From Allosphingosinicella sp. (GTDB lineage: Bacteria > Pseudomonadota > Alphaproteobacteria > Sphingomonadales > Sphingomonadaceae), in assembly GCA_035644835.1 (NCBI GenBank), contig DASQNR010000014.1:5222-69221 (forward strand): a DNA stretch of 64,000 nucleotides. The letters run 5' to 3'. Each line of letters starts with the position of its first letter. Within the stretch, counting starts at the first letter, position 1. Positions 8,695 through 18,577 of the stretch are shown here, piece after piece. The notes under the pieces were generated by a model. It had not been told where the DNA came from. It worked only from the letters and a program-made list of their open reading frames with translations, and ran no database searches. Both the position numbers and the translations under genes were made by a program.

Positions 8695-9177
8695 CTAGTA
8701 GATGCGCATCTTGCCCGCGCGCATCTCGACGGTGAAGTTGTTCAAAAAGTCCTGGCCGAGCAGGTTCATCTCACCGCCCTCCAGCACCGCGCCGGTCAGC
8801 CCGCGGACATTCTTGCCGTCCAGCACCACATTGTCGAACTTCACCACCTGCCCGCGCACCGGCCCGCCGGCGCCCATCCCCACCGTCTGGTAGCTGTCGG
8901 GCGAAAGGGCGATGCCGACGCGCTCCGCATCGCGCTCGGTCAGCGTCACATTGGTGGCGCCGGTGTCGACCAGGAAGCGGACGAGCTGCCCGTTGACCTC
9001 GACATTGGCATAGAAATGCCCGCCGCCGCTGCGGTCGAGCACCGTCTCGCGGGGCTCCGCGCCACCGGGGGCCGCTTCCACCGACGATGCGGCCGCCGGC
9101 GGCGCCTCCGGGCCCGAGGGCCAGAAGATGCCGATCGCGCCGCCGATGGCGAGGGTGACGAGGAGAGCTTTTTGCAT
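8695..9177 (-). CDS. Retropepsin-like aspartyl protease (TIGR02281-like)
   Basis: FLVDTGAT catalytic motif, GHFY..V.VNG, C-terminal LLGQDFL, N-terminal TM anchor. Confidence 0.9.
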   Translation of the reverse strand: MQKALLVTLAIGGAIGIFWPSGPEAPPAAASSVEAAPGGAEPRETVLDRSGGGHFYANVEVNGQLVRFLVDTGATNVTLTERDAERVGIALSPDSYQTVGMGAGGPVRGQVVKFDNVVLDGKNVRGLTGAVLEGGEMNLLGQDFLNNFTVEMRAGKMRIY

Positions 9178-9220
9178 CGCCCATTTTTGTAAGACCGGAG
9201 CGTGAAAAAAGCCTGAAGGG

Positions 9221-9901
9221 CTATTCGGCCGGGGTGTGGGAGTGCGTGTGGGCGTGCCCAGGGGCGTGGGAATGGGCGCCGGCCTTGCGATATTGCGGCC
9301 ACGCCTCCCGGGTGACGCGCAGCGCCGAGCGGATGAACAGGAATGCGATGACCGCCGCGATGGCGACGTCCGGCCAGGCCGTGGCGGTCAGCGAAACCAG
9401 GGCAGCGGCGCCAAGCACCCCGACATTGGCATAAGCGTCGTTGCGCGAGCATTCAAAGGTGCTGGACAGGTTCACATCGTGCCGCCGATAGGGCCAGAGC
9501 AACGCCACCGAGCTTACATTCACGATCAGCGCCAGCGCCCCGAAGACCAGCATGATCCCGGCCTGGGGCGGCTGCCCCCAGACGATCTTGGTGACGATCT
9601 GGACGATGACGCCAAGGCCCAGCGCAAGAATGAAGGCGCCCTTGGCGAGCGCCATGCCCGCCCGCCACTTCAGGCTCTTGTTCAGCGCATACAGGCTGAT
9701 CCCGTAGACCAGCCCGTCGGCGAGCATGTCGACCGAATCGGCCATCAAAGCCGCCGAATCGGCAATGATCCCCGCCCCGAACTCCAGCACGAACATGAGG
9801 AGGTTGAGCATCATCACGACGACGAGGACGCGGCGAATGTCCTTGTGCAGCGCAACCCGCTCCAGCTCCTGCCCCTTTTCGTGGCAGCAATGGGCGCTCA
9901 C
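9221..9901 (-). CDS. Short CDF-like cation transporter lacking the cytosolic C-terminal domain; His-rich tail
   Basis: [18 protein letters not shown] motif, six TM segments, C-terminal [13 protein letters not shown]; GTGA overlap with the ispG stop. Confidence 0.8.
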   Translation of the reverse strand: MSAHCCHEKGQELERVALHKDIRRVLVVVMMLNLLMFVLEFGAGIIADSAALMADSVDMLADGLVYGISLYALNKSLKWRAGMALAKGAFILALGLGVIVQIVTKIVWGQPPQAGIMLVFGALALIVNVSSVALLWPYRRHDVNLSSTFECSRNDAYANVGVLGAAALVSLTATAWPDVAIAAVIAFLFIRSALRVTREAWPQYRKAGAHSHAPGHAHTHSHTPAE

Positions 9902-11031
9902 TCGGCCGCGTCCACCAAAGCGTGCGCGTCGCTCATTTCCGCTTCGATCTGGGCGGCCTTGGCTTCGACCAGGCGGACGATATGCTCGACCATGTCGGCA
10001 TCGTTGACGTGGTGGTCAGTGACGCCCGACAGATAGACCATGTGCTTGCCGTTGCCGCCTCCGGTGATGCCGATGTCGGTTTCGCGCGCCTCGCCGGGCC
10101 CGTTCACCACGCAGCCCAGCACCGACAAGGACATGGGCGTGCGGATATGGGAAAGCCGCTCCTCCAGCGTCTGCACGGTGCGGATCACATCGAAGCCCTG
10201 GCGCGCGCAGGACGGGCAGGAGACGACGCGTACGCCGCGGTTGCGGATGCCCAGGCCCTTCAGGATCTCGAAGCCGACCCGCACTTCCTCTTCCGGCTCG
10301 GCGGACAGGGAGACGCGGATGGTGTCGCCGATGCCGAACCACAGCAGGGATCCGATGCCGATCGCGCTCTTCACCGTGCCGCCCCGCAAACCGCCGGCTT
10401 CGGTAATGCCGAGGTGAAGCGGACAATCCACCGCTTCGGCAAGCTGCTGGTAGGCGGCGACGGCAAGGAAGATGTCCGACGCCTTCACCGCCACCTTATA
10501 TTCGCGAAAATCATGGTCCTCGAGCAGGCGGATATGGTCGAGCGCGCTTTCCACCAAAGCTTCGGGGCACGGCTCGCCGTATTTTTCGAGGAGGTCGCGC
10601 TCCAGGCTGCCGGCATTGACGCCGATGCGGATCGCGCAGCCATTGGCCTTTGCGGCATTGACCACTTCGCGCACCCGGTCGGCCGATCCGATATTGCCCG
10701 GGTTGATGCGCAGGCAGGCAGCACCAGCATCGGCGGCTTCCAGCGCGCGCTTGTAGTGGAAATGAATGTCGGCGACGATCGGCACCCGCGCCTCGCGCAC
10801 GATCTGCTTCAGCGCCGCGGTGGAGGCTTCGTCGGGGCAGGAGACGCGGATGATGTCGGCGCCCGCTTCCTCGCAGCGGCGGATCTGGTCCACCGTCGCC
10901 CTGACATCGGAGGTCGGCGTGTTGGTCATGGTCTGGACGGTGACCGGCGCGTCGCCTCCCACCGGCACATTGCCGACCATGATTTGGCGCGAAGGGCGGC
11001 GGGCGATATCGCGCCAGGGACGTAAGGACAT
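9898..11031 (-). CDS. ispG: 4-hydroxy-3-methylbut-2-enyl diphosphate synthase
   Basis: [38 protein letters not shown] ([4Fe-4S] ligands). Confidence 0.97.
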   Translation of the reverse strand: MSLRPWRDIARRPSRQIMVGNVPVGGDAPVTVQTMTNTPTSDVRATVDQIRRCEEAGADIIRVSCPDEASTAALKQIVREARVPIVADIHFHYKRALEAADAGAACLRINPGNIGSADRVREVVNAAKANGCAIRIGVNAGSLERDLLEKYGEPCPEALVESALDHIRLLEDHDFREYKVAVKASDIFLAVAAYQQLAEAVDCPLHLGITEAGGLRGGTVKSAIGIGSLLWFGIGDTIRVSLSAEPEEEVRVGFEILKGLGIRNRGVRVVSCPSCARQGFDVIRTVQTLEERLSHIRTPMSLSVLGCVVNGPGEARETDIGITGGGNGKHMVYLSGVTDHHVNDADMVEHIVRLVEAKAAQIEAEMSDAHALVDAAE

Positions 11032-11125
11032 GAGCCCCATATAGCCGCTTGATCGGCAAGGCGAAACCCGCCGCGCCCGCTGCTCCCGAGGAGAAGCCGT
11101 GCAGGCGCGGCGGAGGAGCGGCTCC

Positions 11126-12997
11126 TTACAGGAAGAAGTCGCTCGCCAGCGGGATCGGGTTTCCGGTCAGCAATATCTCGAAATCGGCGAAGCCGTCGCC
11201 GTCGAGATCGCCCTGGATGCGGGTGTCGGTGCCGTCGAAGCCGTAGCGCAGCTCGCCCGCGGTGCCGGAAAAGGCCGCGTCGCCGATGAAGACGAAGGCC
11301 TGGTCGCCCTGCGTCCACATGTCGGCATCCATGCCGGAAAGATCGATCTTGTCCTCGCCGGACACGAAATCCTCGATCCGGTCGGCATCGGCGCCGGTGC
11401 CGGTCGACCAGCCGCCGAAGCGGAAGGTGTCGGCGCCGGCGCCGCCGATCAGCACGTCCCTGCCCCATTCGCCGGACAGCAGATCGTCGCCGTCGCCGCC
11501 GACCAGCAAGTCGTCGCCGCCGCCGCCGCTCAGTGTGTCGTCGCCGGCCAGGCCGTGCAGCGTGTCCGTGCCGCTGCCGCCCTTGATGACATTGGCAAGG
11601 CCGTTGCCGGTGCCCTGGAAGCCGCCTTGGCCGTTAAACGCCAGCTCCTCCACCTCCTCGGGCAGGGTATAGGCGGCAAGCGAGGTGCAGACACGGTCGT
11701 TGCCTTCGCCGGGACGCTCGATCACCACATCGCCGACCGCGTCGACCAGGTAGACGTCATTGCCTTCGCCGCCCTCCATATGGTCGTCGCCGGTGCCGCC
11801 GCTCAACATATCGTGGCCGGCCTCCCCGTAAAGAAAGTCGTCGCCGCCGGCGCCGCTCAGCATGTCATGGCCGTCGCCGCCGTAGAAAATGTCGGCCGCG
11901 TAACTGCCGATCATCTCGTTGTTGAGCGCATTGCCCCACGCGTAAAGGTAGTCGCCTTGATTGCGCAACCGCTCCACTTCGTCCGGCATCACATAGGTCC
12001 AGATCTGCATCGAAAGCCGCACTTCGTCCGTGCCGCCGCCCGGCGCCTCGATCACCACATCGCCCAGATCGTCGAGATAATAGATGTCGTTGCCGCCGCG
12101 CCCTTCCATCGTGTCGGCGCCGTAACCGCCGTTGAGGATGTTGGCGCCGTTCGTGCCGCGCAGCACATCGGCGGCCCAGGTGCCGACGATATTCTCGACA
12201 TTGGTGAAGCTGTCGTCGGCGGCATAGCCGCCGTTCTTGTTGGTCAGGAGGTCGACCTCCACGGCGCCCCAGGCGTCCGAATAATCGACCGTGTCGCTGC
12301 CGCCGCCGCCGTCGATGGTGAAGGCGCCGCCGCCGAGCAGGAAGTGGTTGGAGCCGCCATTGCCGACGATCGTGGTGGGGCCGTATCGGCTCGTCAGCAC
12401 GACATTTTCGACATTGGCGTGCATCACATAGTGCGGGATGTTTACGTCAACCGTATCGATGCCGCCGCCCGGCGCCTCGATGATCGTGTCGAACTCGTCG
12501 TCGTCCTCCGGGCCGAGGATATAAAGGTCGTTGCCGGGGCCGCCGACCAGGGTGTCGGAGCCGCTGCCGCCGAACAGGATGTCGTTGCCGGCGCCACCTT
12601 CCAGCCGGTCGGGGCCCCACCAGCCGTGGATCTGGTTGTTGAGCGCATTGCCGTAGATGGTGGAGCCGCTTTCCCACCACACATACAGGTCCTCGACGAA
12701 CGCCGGCATGACATAGGTGTCGAGCGACACGATGACCTGGTCGTGGCCCCCGTCGACCGCCTCTTCGACGATCGCGTCGCCCAGGTGGTCGACATAATAA
12801 GTGTCCGCGCCGAAGCCGCCGCGCATCAGGTCCGCGCCCGTGCCGCCGTCCAGGATATCGTTGCCCTCGCCGCCGTCGAGCAGATCGTCGCCGTCATACC
12901 CGTTGAGCGTGTCGTCGCCCGCCGACCCATAGATTTCGTCCGTCGAACCTGTTCCGTCGATCCAATCGTAATCGGACGTGCCAATCAAAACCGCCAT
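11126..12997 (-). CDS. RTX/hemolysin-type Ca-binding repeat protein
   Basis: Many GGxGxDxL nonapeptides; serralysin-like C-terminus ([31 protein letters not shown]); no Sec signal. Confidence 0.88.
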   Translation of the reverse strand: MAVLIGTSDYDWIDGTGSTDEIYGSAGDDTLNGYDGDDLLDGGEGNDILDGGTGADLMRGGFGADTYYVDHLGDAIVEEAVDGGHDQVIVSLDTYVMPAFVEDLYVWWESGSTIYGNALNNQIHGWWGPDRLEGGAGNDILFGGSGSDTLVGGPGNDLYILGPEDDDEFDTIIEAPGGGIDTVDVNIPHYVMHANVENVVLTSRYGPTTIVGNGGSNHFLLGGGAFTIDGGGGSDTVDYSDAWGAVEVDLLTNKNGGYAADDSFTNVENIVGTWAADVLRGTNGANILNGGYGADTMEGRGGNDIYYLDDLGDVVIEAPGGGTDEVRLSMQIWTYVMPDEVERLRNQGDYLYAWGNALNNEMIGSYAADIFYGGDGHDMLSGAGGDDFLYGEAGHDMLSGGTGDDHMEGGEGNDVYLVDAVGDVVIERPGEGNDRVCTSLAAYTLPEEVEELAFNGQGGFQGTGNGLANVIKGGSGTDTLHGLAGDDTLSGGGGDDLLVGGDGDDLLSGEWGRDVLIGGAGADTFRFGGWSTGTGADADRIEDFVSGEDKIDLSGMDADMWTQGDQAFVFIGDAAFSGTAGELRYGFDGTDTRIQGDLDGDGFADFEILLTGNPIPLASDFFL

Positions 12998-13265
12998 ATT
13001 CGTGCCCCCATTTTAGAAAATATTACCCCACGCTCGGAGTGAACGTGCCCGCTTGCACTTCCTATAGTCTGTCGATTTGCTTTTTTCTTTCGCTGCAAGG
13101 CCAAGTCTTTTTTAACCTTCTACTTCATTACGCATAGACAACGTTCCCTACTGCACGCTACGCGCCACCTTCGCCAACCTCCGCCTCCGCTTGCCGCCGA
13201 CAAGGGGCGGCGATAGGGGAGCCATGCCCCTGCCTTCTTGGCCGCTTCCTGTCCCGGAGTTCCCG

Positions 13266-14201
13266 ATGCCCCACGCGCCCCGTCAGACCGACTGGAAGCT
13301 CGTCGTCCACGGCGGCGCCGGAGTGATCGAGCGCCATCTGCTGAGCGCGGAGCAGGAAGGCGAGATCCGCGCCGCGCTGGACGGCGCTCTGGGCGTCGGC
13401 GAGGCGATCCTGGCGAGCGGCGGCAGCGCCCTCGATGCGGTGGAAGCGGCGGCGCGCGCGCTGGAGGACCATCCCCATTTCAACGCCGGCCACGGCTCGG
13501 TATTCACCTACCAGGGCACGATCGAGATGGACGCCGCGATCATGGACGGGCGCACGCTGGCGGCGGGCGCCGTGGCCGGCGCGTCCGCCACCCGCAACCC
13601 GATCAGCCTTGCCCGCGCGGTGATGGAAAAGAGCAGGCACGTCTTCCTCAGCCGCGAAGGCGCCGACCAATTCTCCCGCGAGCAGGACCTGGAACAGGCG
13701 CCGCCCGAATATTTCGCCACGCCGCAGCGGCGCGAGGCGCTGGAGATCATGCGCTCGCAAGGCGACGATTATTTCGACGTCGACTTGAAATACGGCACGG
13801 TCGGCGCGGTCGCGGTCGACTGCCGCGGCCATGTCGCCGCCGCCACCTCAACCGGCGGCATCACCGGCAAGCGCTGGGCCCGAGTCGGCGATTCGCCGCT
13901 GATCGGCGCCGGCACCTACGCCGACGATCGCGCCGGCGCCGTGTCCTGCACCGGTTCCGGGGAGTATTTCATCCGCGCCGCGGTCGCCCACGAAATCTGC
14001 GCGCGCATCCGCATGCTCGGCGAAAGCGCCGAGGCGGCGGCGGAAGCGGCAATCGCTCATGTCGCCGAACTCGGCGGCACCGGAGGCGTGATCGTGGTCA
14101 CTCCGGACGGCCACAGCGCCTGGACGTTCAACGCCGAAGGCATGTATCGCGCGATTGCATCGGCCCAGGGCCGGAAAATCGCCATTTACGGGGACGAATG
14201 A
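13266..14201 (+). CDS. iaaA: Isoaspartyl peptidase / L-asparaginase type 2
   Basis: LVVHGGAG, FNAGHGS, GTVGAVA (Thr nucleophile), RVGDSP. Start could be 13224 or 13266. Confidence 0.9.
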   Translation: MPHAPRQTDWKLVVHGGAGVIERHLLSAEQEGEIRAALDGALGVGEAILASGGSALDAVEAAARALEDHPHFNAGHGSVFTYQGTIEMDAAIMDGRTLAAGAVAGASATRNPISLARAVMEKSRHVFLSREGADQFSREQDLEQAPPEYFATPQRREALEIMRSQGDDYFDVDLKYGTVGAVAVDCRGHVAAATSTGGITGKRWARVGDSPLIGAGTYADDRAGAVSCTGSGEYFIRAAVAHEICARIRMLGESAEAAAEAAIAHVAELGGTGGVIVVTPDGHSAWTFNAEGMYRAIASAQGRKIAIYGDE

Positions 14202-14228
14202 TCCGCGCTGCTCCCCTATAGGGGCGCC

Positions 14229-15083
14229 ATGACCCAGCGCATCTTCGCCTTCCTCGCTTTGTTCCTCCTCCTCTCGTCCCCGGCGGCGGCGTGGTGGGAA
14301 TACGGCCACGAGACGGTGGGCCGGATCGGCTACGAGCAAGCCTCGCCGCGCGCCCAGGCGGCGGTGCGGCGCCTCCTTGCCCACTCCCGCCTTCTCCAAA
14401 CGGAGAAGTGCCCCGCCCGAACCCCGGAAGAAGCGAGCTACTGGCCGGACTGCATCAAGACGCTGGGCGAGCGCTTCAGCTACGCCTCGCCCTGGCATTA
14501 CCAGAATGTCGACATCTGCAAGCCGTTCGACCTCAAGGCCGCCTGCCGCGACGGCAATTGCGTCTCCGCGCAAATCGAGCGCAACCTGAAGCTGCTCGCG
14601 GACAAGGCGCTGCCGACGCGCGAGCGGCTGATGGCGCTCGCCTTCCTGATCCACTTCGTCGGCGACCTCCACATGCCGCTCCACGCCGGCGATAAAAGCG
14701 ATCTCGGCGGCAACCGCTTCCCCGTCAGCTACGGCGTCATCGCCGGCCGCACCAACCTGCACGGCACCTGGGACGGCTGGATCGCCGAGCGGGGGATCTC
14801 CGACCCACCGGGCGGCTGGAGGGGCGTGCTGAGCAGCTTCGCGCCGGCCGAGCGCAACGCGATGCGCGGCGGCACGGTCGAGGATTGGAGCCGGGAAAGC
14901 TGGGAAGTGTCGCGCGAACACGCTTACGGGAGCGTTATGGCGGATCCGTGCGGTCCGCTGCCCGCAACCCGTCCGGTGATCGACGAAGCGACGACGCAGC
15001 GGCTGATCCCGATCGCCCGCCGCCAGATCGCCCGCGGCGGGATGCGCCTTGCCCGTCTACTCGACGAGGCGCTGGGCGCCTAA
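14229..15083 (+). CDS. Secreted S1/P1 nuclease
   Basis: Signal peptide then WWEYGH; WPD; HFVGDLHMPLH; NLHGTWD Zn ligands. Confidence 0.92.
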   Translation: MTQRIFAFLALFLLLSSPAAAWWEYGHETVGRIGYEQASPRAQAAVRRLLAHSRLLQTEKCPARTPEEASYWPDCIKTLGERFSYASPWHYQNVDICKPFDLKAACRDGNCVSAQIERNLKLLADKALPTRERLMALAFLIHFVGDLHMPLHAGDKSDLGGNRFPVSYGVIAGRTNLHGTWDGWIAERGISDPPGGWRGVLSSFAPAERNAMRGGTVEDWSRESWEVSREHAYGSVMADPCGPLPATRPVIDEATTQRLIPIARRQIARGGMRLARLLDEALGA

Positions 15084-15110
15084 ACACCAGCTTCTCCCCA
15101 ATGCTACCCC

Positions 15111-15196
15111 CGTCACCCCCGCGAAAGGGGGGTCCCGCTTCTTTCGCCTTCTACTTGGGAAGAAGAAACGGAATTCCCGCGTTCGCGGGAATGACG
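15111..15196. repeat. REP-like dimer, family C (cgtcacccccgcgaaagggggggtcc...attcccgcgttcgcgggaatgacg); likely terminator
   Basis: CGTCA...TGACG termini with a hairpin in each arm, between convergent S1/P1 and pal. Confidence 0.85.
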
Positions 15197-15214
15197 AGGG
15201 GAAGAATCTGACCC

Positions 15215-15754
15215 TTATTCCGGCACCACCGTGACGGCGCGGCGGTTCTGGGCCCAGGCGCTTTCGTCGGAGCCGAGCGCGTCGGGGCGCTCCTTGCCCC
15301 AGCTGATCACGTTCATCCTCGATGCGGCGATGCCGCGGCTTTGGAGATAGTTCCTTGCCGCATTGGCGCGGCGGTCGCCAAGGGCGAGATTATATTCGCG
15401 GGTGCCGCGCTCGTCGGCGTGTCCTTCAATGGTAACCCGGACATTGGGGTAACGCTGTAGCCACGCCACTTGCTGGTCGAGGGTGCGACGGTCCTGATCG
15501 TCGACATCGTAGCGGTCGGTGTCGAAGAACACACGGTCGCCATATTGGCCGACGCTTTGCAGAAAGTCGCCGCGCGAGCCCGGCAGCGCGGCAGTGCCGA
15601 CGCCGCCGGCATTGGGATCGCCCAGGCCGTCCTGGCCCGTGCCGTCGGATCCGATAGGCGGCGGCGGGATCTCCTTGGGCTGCTTCTTGCCGCAGCCGGC
15701 GGTGAGCGCGAGCGCCGCAGCGATGGCGGCGATCCTGAGGCTGTTGGCCTTCAT
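15215..15754 (-). CDS. pal: Peptidoglycan-associated lipoprotein
   Basis: LTAGC lipobox, EGHADERGTREYNLALGDRRA, SWGKERP, NRRA. Confidence 0.96.
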   Translation of the reverse strand: MKANSLRIAAIAAALALTAGCGKKQPKEIPPPPIGSDGTGQDGLGDPNAGGVGTAALPGSRGDFLQSVGQYGDRVFFDTDRYDVDDQDRRTLDQQVAWLQRYPNVRVTIEGHADERGTREYNLALGDRRANAARNYLQSRGIAASRMNVISWGKERPDALGSDESAWAQNRRAVTVVPE

Positions 15755-15783
15755 GTTTTTCTCCTTCTTTCCACTCAACAAAA

Positions 15784-17106
15784 TCATGGGAGCAGCGGCC
15801 CCCAGGTGGGATCGGATCCTTCCAATGGCGTCGGGATGCGGCGCTCGTTGACCCCGGTGAGATCGACCTGATGGACGCTGGAGCGTCCGCCGCGCCCCTG
15901 GGTGGTGCGGAAGAACTGGATGACGCGGCCGTTGGGCGACCAGGTCGGCGCCTCGTCCTGCCAGCTGTTGGTCAGCAGCCGCTCGCCGCCCCCGTCCGGA
16001 CTCATCACGCCGATCCGGAAATTGCCGGCGATCTTGGTAAAGGCGATGAGATCGCCGCGCGGGCTCCATTCGGGCGTCGCATAACGGCCGCCGCCAAAGC
16101 TGATCCGGCGCTGGTTGGAGCCATCGGCATTCATCACATAAATCTGCTGGCCGCCCGACCGGTCGCTTTCAAAGACGATCCTGGAGCCGTCCGGCGAATA
16201 GCTTCCCCCGACATCGATGCCCGGAGAATTGGTCAGCCGCTGGGACTGGCCGCCGTTCGCCGACACCCGGTAGATGTCGGTATTGCCGGCCACCGACATC
16301 GAATACAGGATCCAGCGGCCATCCGGCGAGAAGCGCGGCGCAAAGGTCTGGTTGGCGCTTTCCGTCACCACCCGCTGCCGGCCGGTGCCGATATCGTAGA
16401 TGTAGATGCGCGGCCGGTTCTCGACATAGCTCAGGTAGACGATCTGCCTGTAGTCGGGCGAGAAGCGCGGGGTGAGCACGGTCGACTGGCCATTGGTGAG
16501 GAAACGGTGGTTGGCGCCGTCCGAATCCATGATGGCGAGGCGCTTGATACGCTTTTCCTTTGGGCCGCTTTCCGCAATGTAGGCGATGCGGCTGTCGAAA
16601 AAGGGGCTTTCGCCCGAAAGGCGCGAATAGATGGCGTCGGCGCACTTGTGGGCGGCGCGGCGCCAGTCCCGGGGCGCGACCACGAAGCCGTTGCGGGTGA
16701 GCTCGCTCTTCAGTGCTACGTCGTAGAGGTAGCAGCCGACGGTCAGGTTGCCGTCCGGATTGACCTGCACGAAACCCTGCACGAGCGCTGCCGTGCCCAT
16801 CCCGCCCCAATGATCGAAGGCTGGCGCGGTGACTTCGCCGAAGCCGATGGCACGCACACCGGCTGGTCCCACGGGTCGAAACAACCCGCTGCGCGCCAGG
16901 TTAGCAGACACCACCTCGGCTATCTGGCGGCCGAGAACGGCGCTGTTGCCCGCTTCGGTGTCCACCGTCTGCGGCGTCGGCATGACGGGTACCGCGATGG
17001 TCAGGTCCGCCGCCGATTCGTCGGACACATCGACGCTGAGCTGGGCGTGCGCCGGAGAGAGGGTGAACAGGGCCAAAGCGGCGGCCAGGAAAACGCGATG
17101 CTTCAT
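15784..17106 (-). CDS. tolB: Tol-Pal beta-propeller protein
   Basis: FDSRIAYI, MDSDGAN, PD40 repeats (PRFSPDG, SYSPDG, PEWSPRG, PTWSPNG). Confidence 0.96.
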   Translation of the reverse strand: MKHRVFLAAALALFTLSPAHAQLSVDVSDESAADLTIAVPVMPTPQTVDTEAGNSAVLGRQIAEVVSANLARSGLFRPVGPAGVRAIGFGEVTAPAFDHWGGMGTAALVQGFVQVNPDGNLTVGCYLYDVALKSELTRNGFVVAPRDWRRAAHKCADAIYSRLSGESPFFDSRIAYIAESGPKEKRIKRLAIMDSDGANHRFLTNGQSTVLTPRFSPDYRQIVYLSYVENRPRIYIYDIGTGRQRVVTESANQTFAPRFSPDGRWILYSMSVAGNTDIYRVSANGGQSQRLTNSPGIDVGGSYSPDGSRIVFESDRSGGQQIYVMNADGSNQRRISFGGGRYATPEWSPRGDLIAFTKIAGNFRIGVMSPDGGGERLLTNSWQDEAPTWSPNGRVIQFFRTTQGRGGRSSVHQVDLTGVNERRIPTPLEGSDPTWGPLLP

Positions 17107-17109
17107 TTG

Positions 17110-18135
17110 CTAGAGCCTTCTGTCAAAGACGGGGGCGATTTCTTTCCACTCGTCATAATATTCGGCGGGCAGCCGGAACGGCGCGGCGAGGCGGACGGCG
17201 CGGATCGCCTGCTCCTGGTGGAGCTTCACCTGGGTGCTGTTGCTGGCATTTTGCCCCGTGGTCGTCACCGCGCCGATATCGGCGATGGCGCCGCTGCGGG
17301 ACAGCGACACCCGCACGGTGGTGCGCAGCAGCTCGACATCGGCACCAGTCGGCGCCCGCCAGTGCGGCTTGAGCTGGCGGCGCACTTCGGCGCCAAGCGA
17401 GGCGGCGACCGCCGGACCCGCTTTGGCCGCGGGCGGCGAAGCGGACTGGCTGGGGGTTTCGCGGCCGCTCAAGCCATTGAGCAGACCCTTGAGGCGCCCG
17501 GTAGGTCCGGAGCCGCTCTTCTGCGCCGTCTGCGCGGGCGCGGCAGCCTTGGGCGCCGCACCCTTGGGTGCCGCTGAACTGGGACCCGCGGCCTTGGGCT
17601 GGGCCGCTTTGGCGGTGGAGGGCGCAGGCTGGGCGGGCTGCGGGCGCTGCACCGCCCTGGGCGCGGGAGCCGGCCGCTGCACCGCCTTCGGAGCGGGAGT
17701 CGGCGGCGCCGGCGCCGGCCGCTGCACCACCTTCGGAGCGGGCTGGGGCGGAGCAGGCCGTTGCACCGCCTTGGGCATCGGCGTGGGCGGCGGCGGCGTT
17801 GGAGTCACTCGGGGCTGCGGCACCGGCTCGACGCGCTGCACCGGCGCCGGCTGGGGGACCCGCGGCGCGGGCGTCGGCTCGGCCGGCGCGGGCGCGGGGT
17901 CCGGGGGTCCTTCAATGGGCGCCAGCAACGGTGCGGGTGCCTCGGCGGACGGTGTGGGCGCGGAGGACTCCACCGCCACCTCCTCCGTCACGAAATCGAT
18001 TTCGATAGGGTCCGGCCGGGCCTGTTGAGGTGGGGTGGGGGAGACGGCGAAGCCGAGCGCCAGCGCCGCCAGCAGGGCAAGGTGCCCCGCCAGCGCGACG
18101 CCGAAACCGGCCGCTTCCGTCCGGTCCACCTTCAT
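17110..18135 (-). CDS. tolA: TolA-like inner-membrane protein
   Basis: N-terminal TM, Pro/Ala-rich linker with PKAVQRPAP repeats (about 17630-17790), TonB-like C-terminus; lies between tolR and tolB. Confidence 0.85.
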   Translation of the reverse strand: MKVDRTEAAGFGVALAGHLALLAALALGFAVSPTPPQQARPDPIEIDFVTEEVAVESSAPTPSAEAPAPLLAPIEGPPDPAPAPAEPTPAPRVPQPAPVQRVEPVPQPRVTPTPPPPTPMPKAVQRPAPPQPAPKVVQRPAPAPPTPAPKAVQRPAPAPRAVQRPQPAQPAPSTAKAAQPKAAGPSSAAPKGAAPKAAAPAQTAQKSGSGPTGRLKGLLNGLSGRETPSQSASPPAAKAGPAVAASLGAEVRRQLKPHWRAPTGADVELLRTTVRVSLSRSGAIADIGAVTTTGQNASNSTQVKLHQEQAIRAVRLAAPFRLPAEYYDEWKEIAPVFDRRL

Positions 18136-18575
18136 CCGCCCTCACCGCTCTGGGTGCTGACCAGGGCCACCCGACGAAGTCCCGCCGCGTTGATCTCCCC
18201 CATCACCGCCATCACCCGGCCGTAATCGAGGCCTCGGTCGGCGCGCAGGAAGATGCGGGGGCCTCCTTCCTCGCGGCTGTTGGCTGCTATCTGGGCAAGC
18301 CGCGCGCCGAGCTCACCCTGTGCGATCGGGGTTTCGTCCAGATAAAGCGCGCCGGTGGGATCGAGCGAGATCTGCACCGGCTGCTGGTCCTGATCAAGCG
18401 CTGCCGCCTTGCTCTCCGGCAGGTCGACGGGAACTCCCGCGACCAGCAACGGCGCCGCCACCATGAAGACGATCAGCAACACCAGCATCACGTCCACGAA
18501 CGGAGTGACATTGATCTCGGCCATCGGCGTGCGCCGGTTGCGCTGCCCGCCGCTATGAATGGGACCCATCGCCAT
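18132..18575 (-). CDS. tolR: TolR/ExbD
   Basis: EINVTPFVDVMLVLLIVFMVAAP; LRADR..YGRVM. Confidence 0.95.
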   Translation of the reverse strand: MAMGPIHSGGQRNRRTPMAEINVTPFVDVMLVLLIVFMVAAPLLVAGVPVDLPESKAAALDQDQQPVQISLDPTGALYLDETPIAQGELGARLAQIAANSREEGGPRIFLRADRGLDYGRVMAVMGEINAAGLRRVALVSTQSGEGG

Positions 18576-18577
18576 GG

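Noticed and set aside
2305-15196. Palindromic repeats as IS ends or tRNA fragments
   Set aside because: No transposase ORF between them and no cloverleaf, TTCGA arm or CCA end; treated as REP-like.
15084-15215. Absence of cpoB/ybgF after pal
   Set aside because: It may simply lie elsewhere in the genome; this cannot be judged from the window.
17630-17790. TolA PKAVQRPAP repeats as a novel element
   Set aside because: Pro/Ala-rich repetitive linkers are normal for TolA/TonB.
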